In this document: positions 62,906 to 64,000 of the stretch, in pieces
Numbering within the stretch: the first letter of the stretch is position 1
Layout: every line of letters begins with the position of its first letter
Origin: Batkoa obscura
Taxonomy: Eukaryota
Assembly: GCA_030770535.1 (NCBI GenBank)
Contig: JASVEC010000001.1
Coordinates: forward strand, 620,001-684,000
Direction of reading: 5' to 3'
DNA length: 64,000 nt
Position numbers and translations under genes: made by a program
Notes under the pieces: model-generated
What the model was told of the DNA's origin: nothing
What the model saw: only the letters and a program-made list of their open reading frames with translations
Database searches by the model: none

Positions 62906-64000
62906 ATGAATTTTAATTTATTACCTGATTTAATACTAGAACAAATTTTATCTTATATAAAACCAATTGAATTATATTCATTATTAATTATCAATAAACG
63001 ATTTAATCAATTAATTCAACCTATATTATCTTCTTATTTCAATTATTCTATGATATATAATTATAATAAAAAAGGTAACGAAATTCAATTGAAATATATA
63101 CAAAATTATCCTAATAGAATAATTCATTTAATAATTAATAATAAAAATCAATTAAATTTATTAAATCAATGTAAAAATATAAAAATATTACAATTTTTAC
63201 CTTTTACTTTGAATTTAATTAAATTACAAGAATATAATTTTAATAATTTAACTAAATTAATATTTATGGAATCTAATTCATCAATAGATACTTTTTTATT
63301 ATATTTTCTTTCAATATTAAATAATATTCAAGATTTAGAAATTACATATAAATTAATATCATTAAATGATTTATTATTATATTTGAATGAAAACAAATTT
63401 AAGAGATTAAAATTAAATAGTGAAAATATACATTTAGATGGTTTAGAAAAGTTAAAAAAATTCAATAAATTCCATACATTAATTATTAAAGCGGATTATT
63501 TAACATTTGATATTAATTATAATGATATAAGTGATTTTTTAGGATTAAAAATATTAGATATTAATTTAAAAAGAGATTATAATATTAATATTAAATATTT
63601 TGGTAATTTAAATCAATTGATAAAGGTAAACTTAAGTTTAAATTGTAATCAACAAGTATTTAATAATAATAATAATAATAATAATAATATTCAAATATTA
63701 GGAATTAAATATAATCAATTTTTAAATTATAATTCATTAATAAATTTTAGTAATTTAAATTATTTATGTATTACATGTACAAAAGATATTCATTTAATAT
63801 TAATTAAATTATTACCAATATTATCAATACAAATATTAGAATTAATAGATATTGTTGGTTATTTTAAATATTTTCAATTAAATCAATATGATTTATTAAA
63901 TCAAAACTTAATAAATGAAGATTATTATAAAGAAAATAATTATAATCGGTTAATAAAATCAAAAACAATATTGAAATTAATATTAAAAGTCGGTATAATA
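62906..64000 (+). CDS. F-box protein with Leu/Ile/Asn-rich (LRR-like) C-terminal region, truncated by the window end
   Basis: MNFNLLPDLILEQILSYIKPIELYSLLIINKRFNQLI matches the F-box pattern; the frame appears to stay open to the end of the window. Confidence 0.75.
   Translation, partial: MNFNLLPDLILEQILSYIKPIELYSLLIINKRFNQLIQPILSSYFNYSMIYNYNKKGNEIQLKYIQNYPNRIIHLIINNKNQLNLLNQCKNIKILQFLPFTLNLIKLQEYNFNNLTKLIFMESNSSIDTFLLYFLSILNNIQDLEITYKLISLNDLLLYLNENKFKRLKLNSENIHLDGLEKLKKFNKFHTLIIKADYLTFDINYNDISDFLGLKILDINLKRDYNINIKYFGNLNQLIKVNLSLNCNQQVFNNNNNNNNNIQILGIKYNQFLNYNSLINFSNLNYLCITCTKDIHLILIKLLPILSIQILELIDIVGYFKYFQLNQYDLLNQNLINEDYYKENNYNRLIKSKTILKLILKVGII

Overview
Very AT-rich eukaryotic nuclear DNA with short GT-AG introns. 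Gene content (Chs7, Atg22, GH20, carnitine acetyltransferase ending AKL) points to a fungus, probably an early-diverging lineage (inference). Intact genes: equilibrative nucleoside transporter, hotdog thioesterase, Atg22-like MFS, GH20 hexosaminidase, an intronless secreted beta-propeller plus amidohydrolase of bacterial-type architecture, carnitine acetyltransferase, an atypical acyl carrier protein, proteasome alpha-2, a TRIC-like membrane protein, three paralogous homeobox genes, Chs7, a Ras-family GTPase with microexons, three small Ser/Thr-rich secreted proteins, an unknown multi-exon gene and an F-box gene cut off by the window end. Six tRNA genes: Gln-UUG x2, Glu-UUC, Val-UAC, Ser-AGA, Cys-GCA. 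The intergenic DNA carries about 20 copies or fragments of a ~97-bp MITE with 4-bp A-x-x-T target duplications, four ~460-480-bp TG...CA solo-LTR-like elements and one Tc1/mariner-type foldback element. Two NmrA-like pseudogenes and one membrane-protein pseudogene are interrupted by these elements. An old inverted duplication (NmrA pseudogene plus tRNA-Gln) brackets 4.5-13.8 kb, and a 6-7 kb tandem duplication carries two of the homeobox genes. All calls were made by eye with no database searches.
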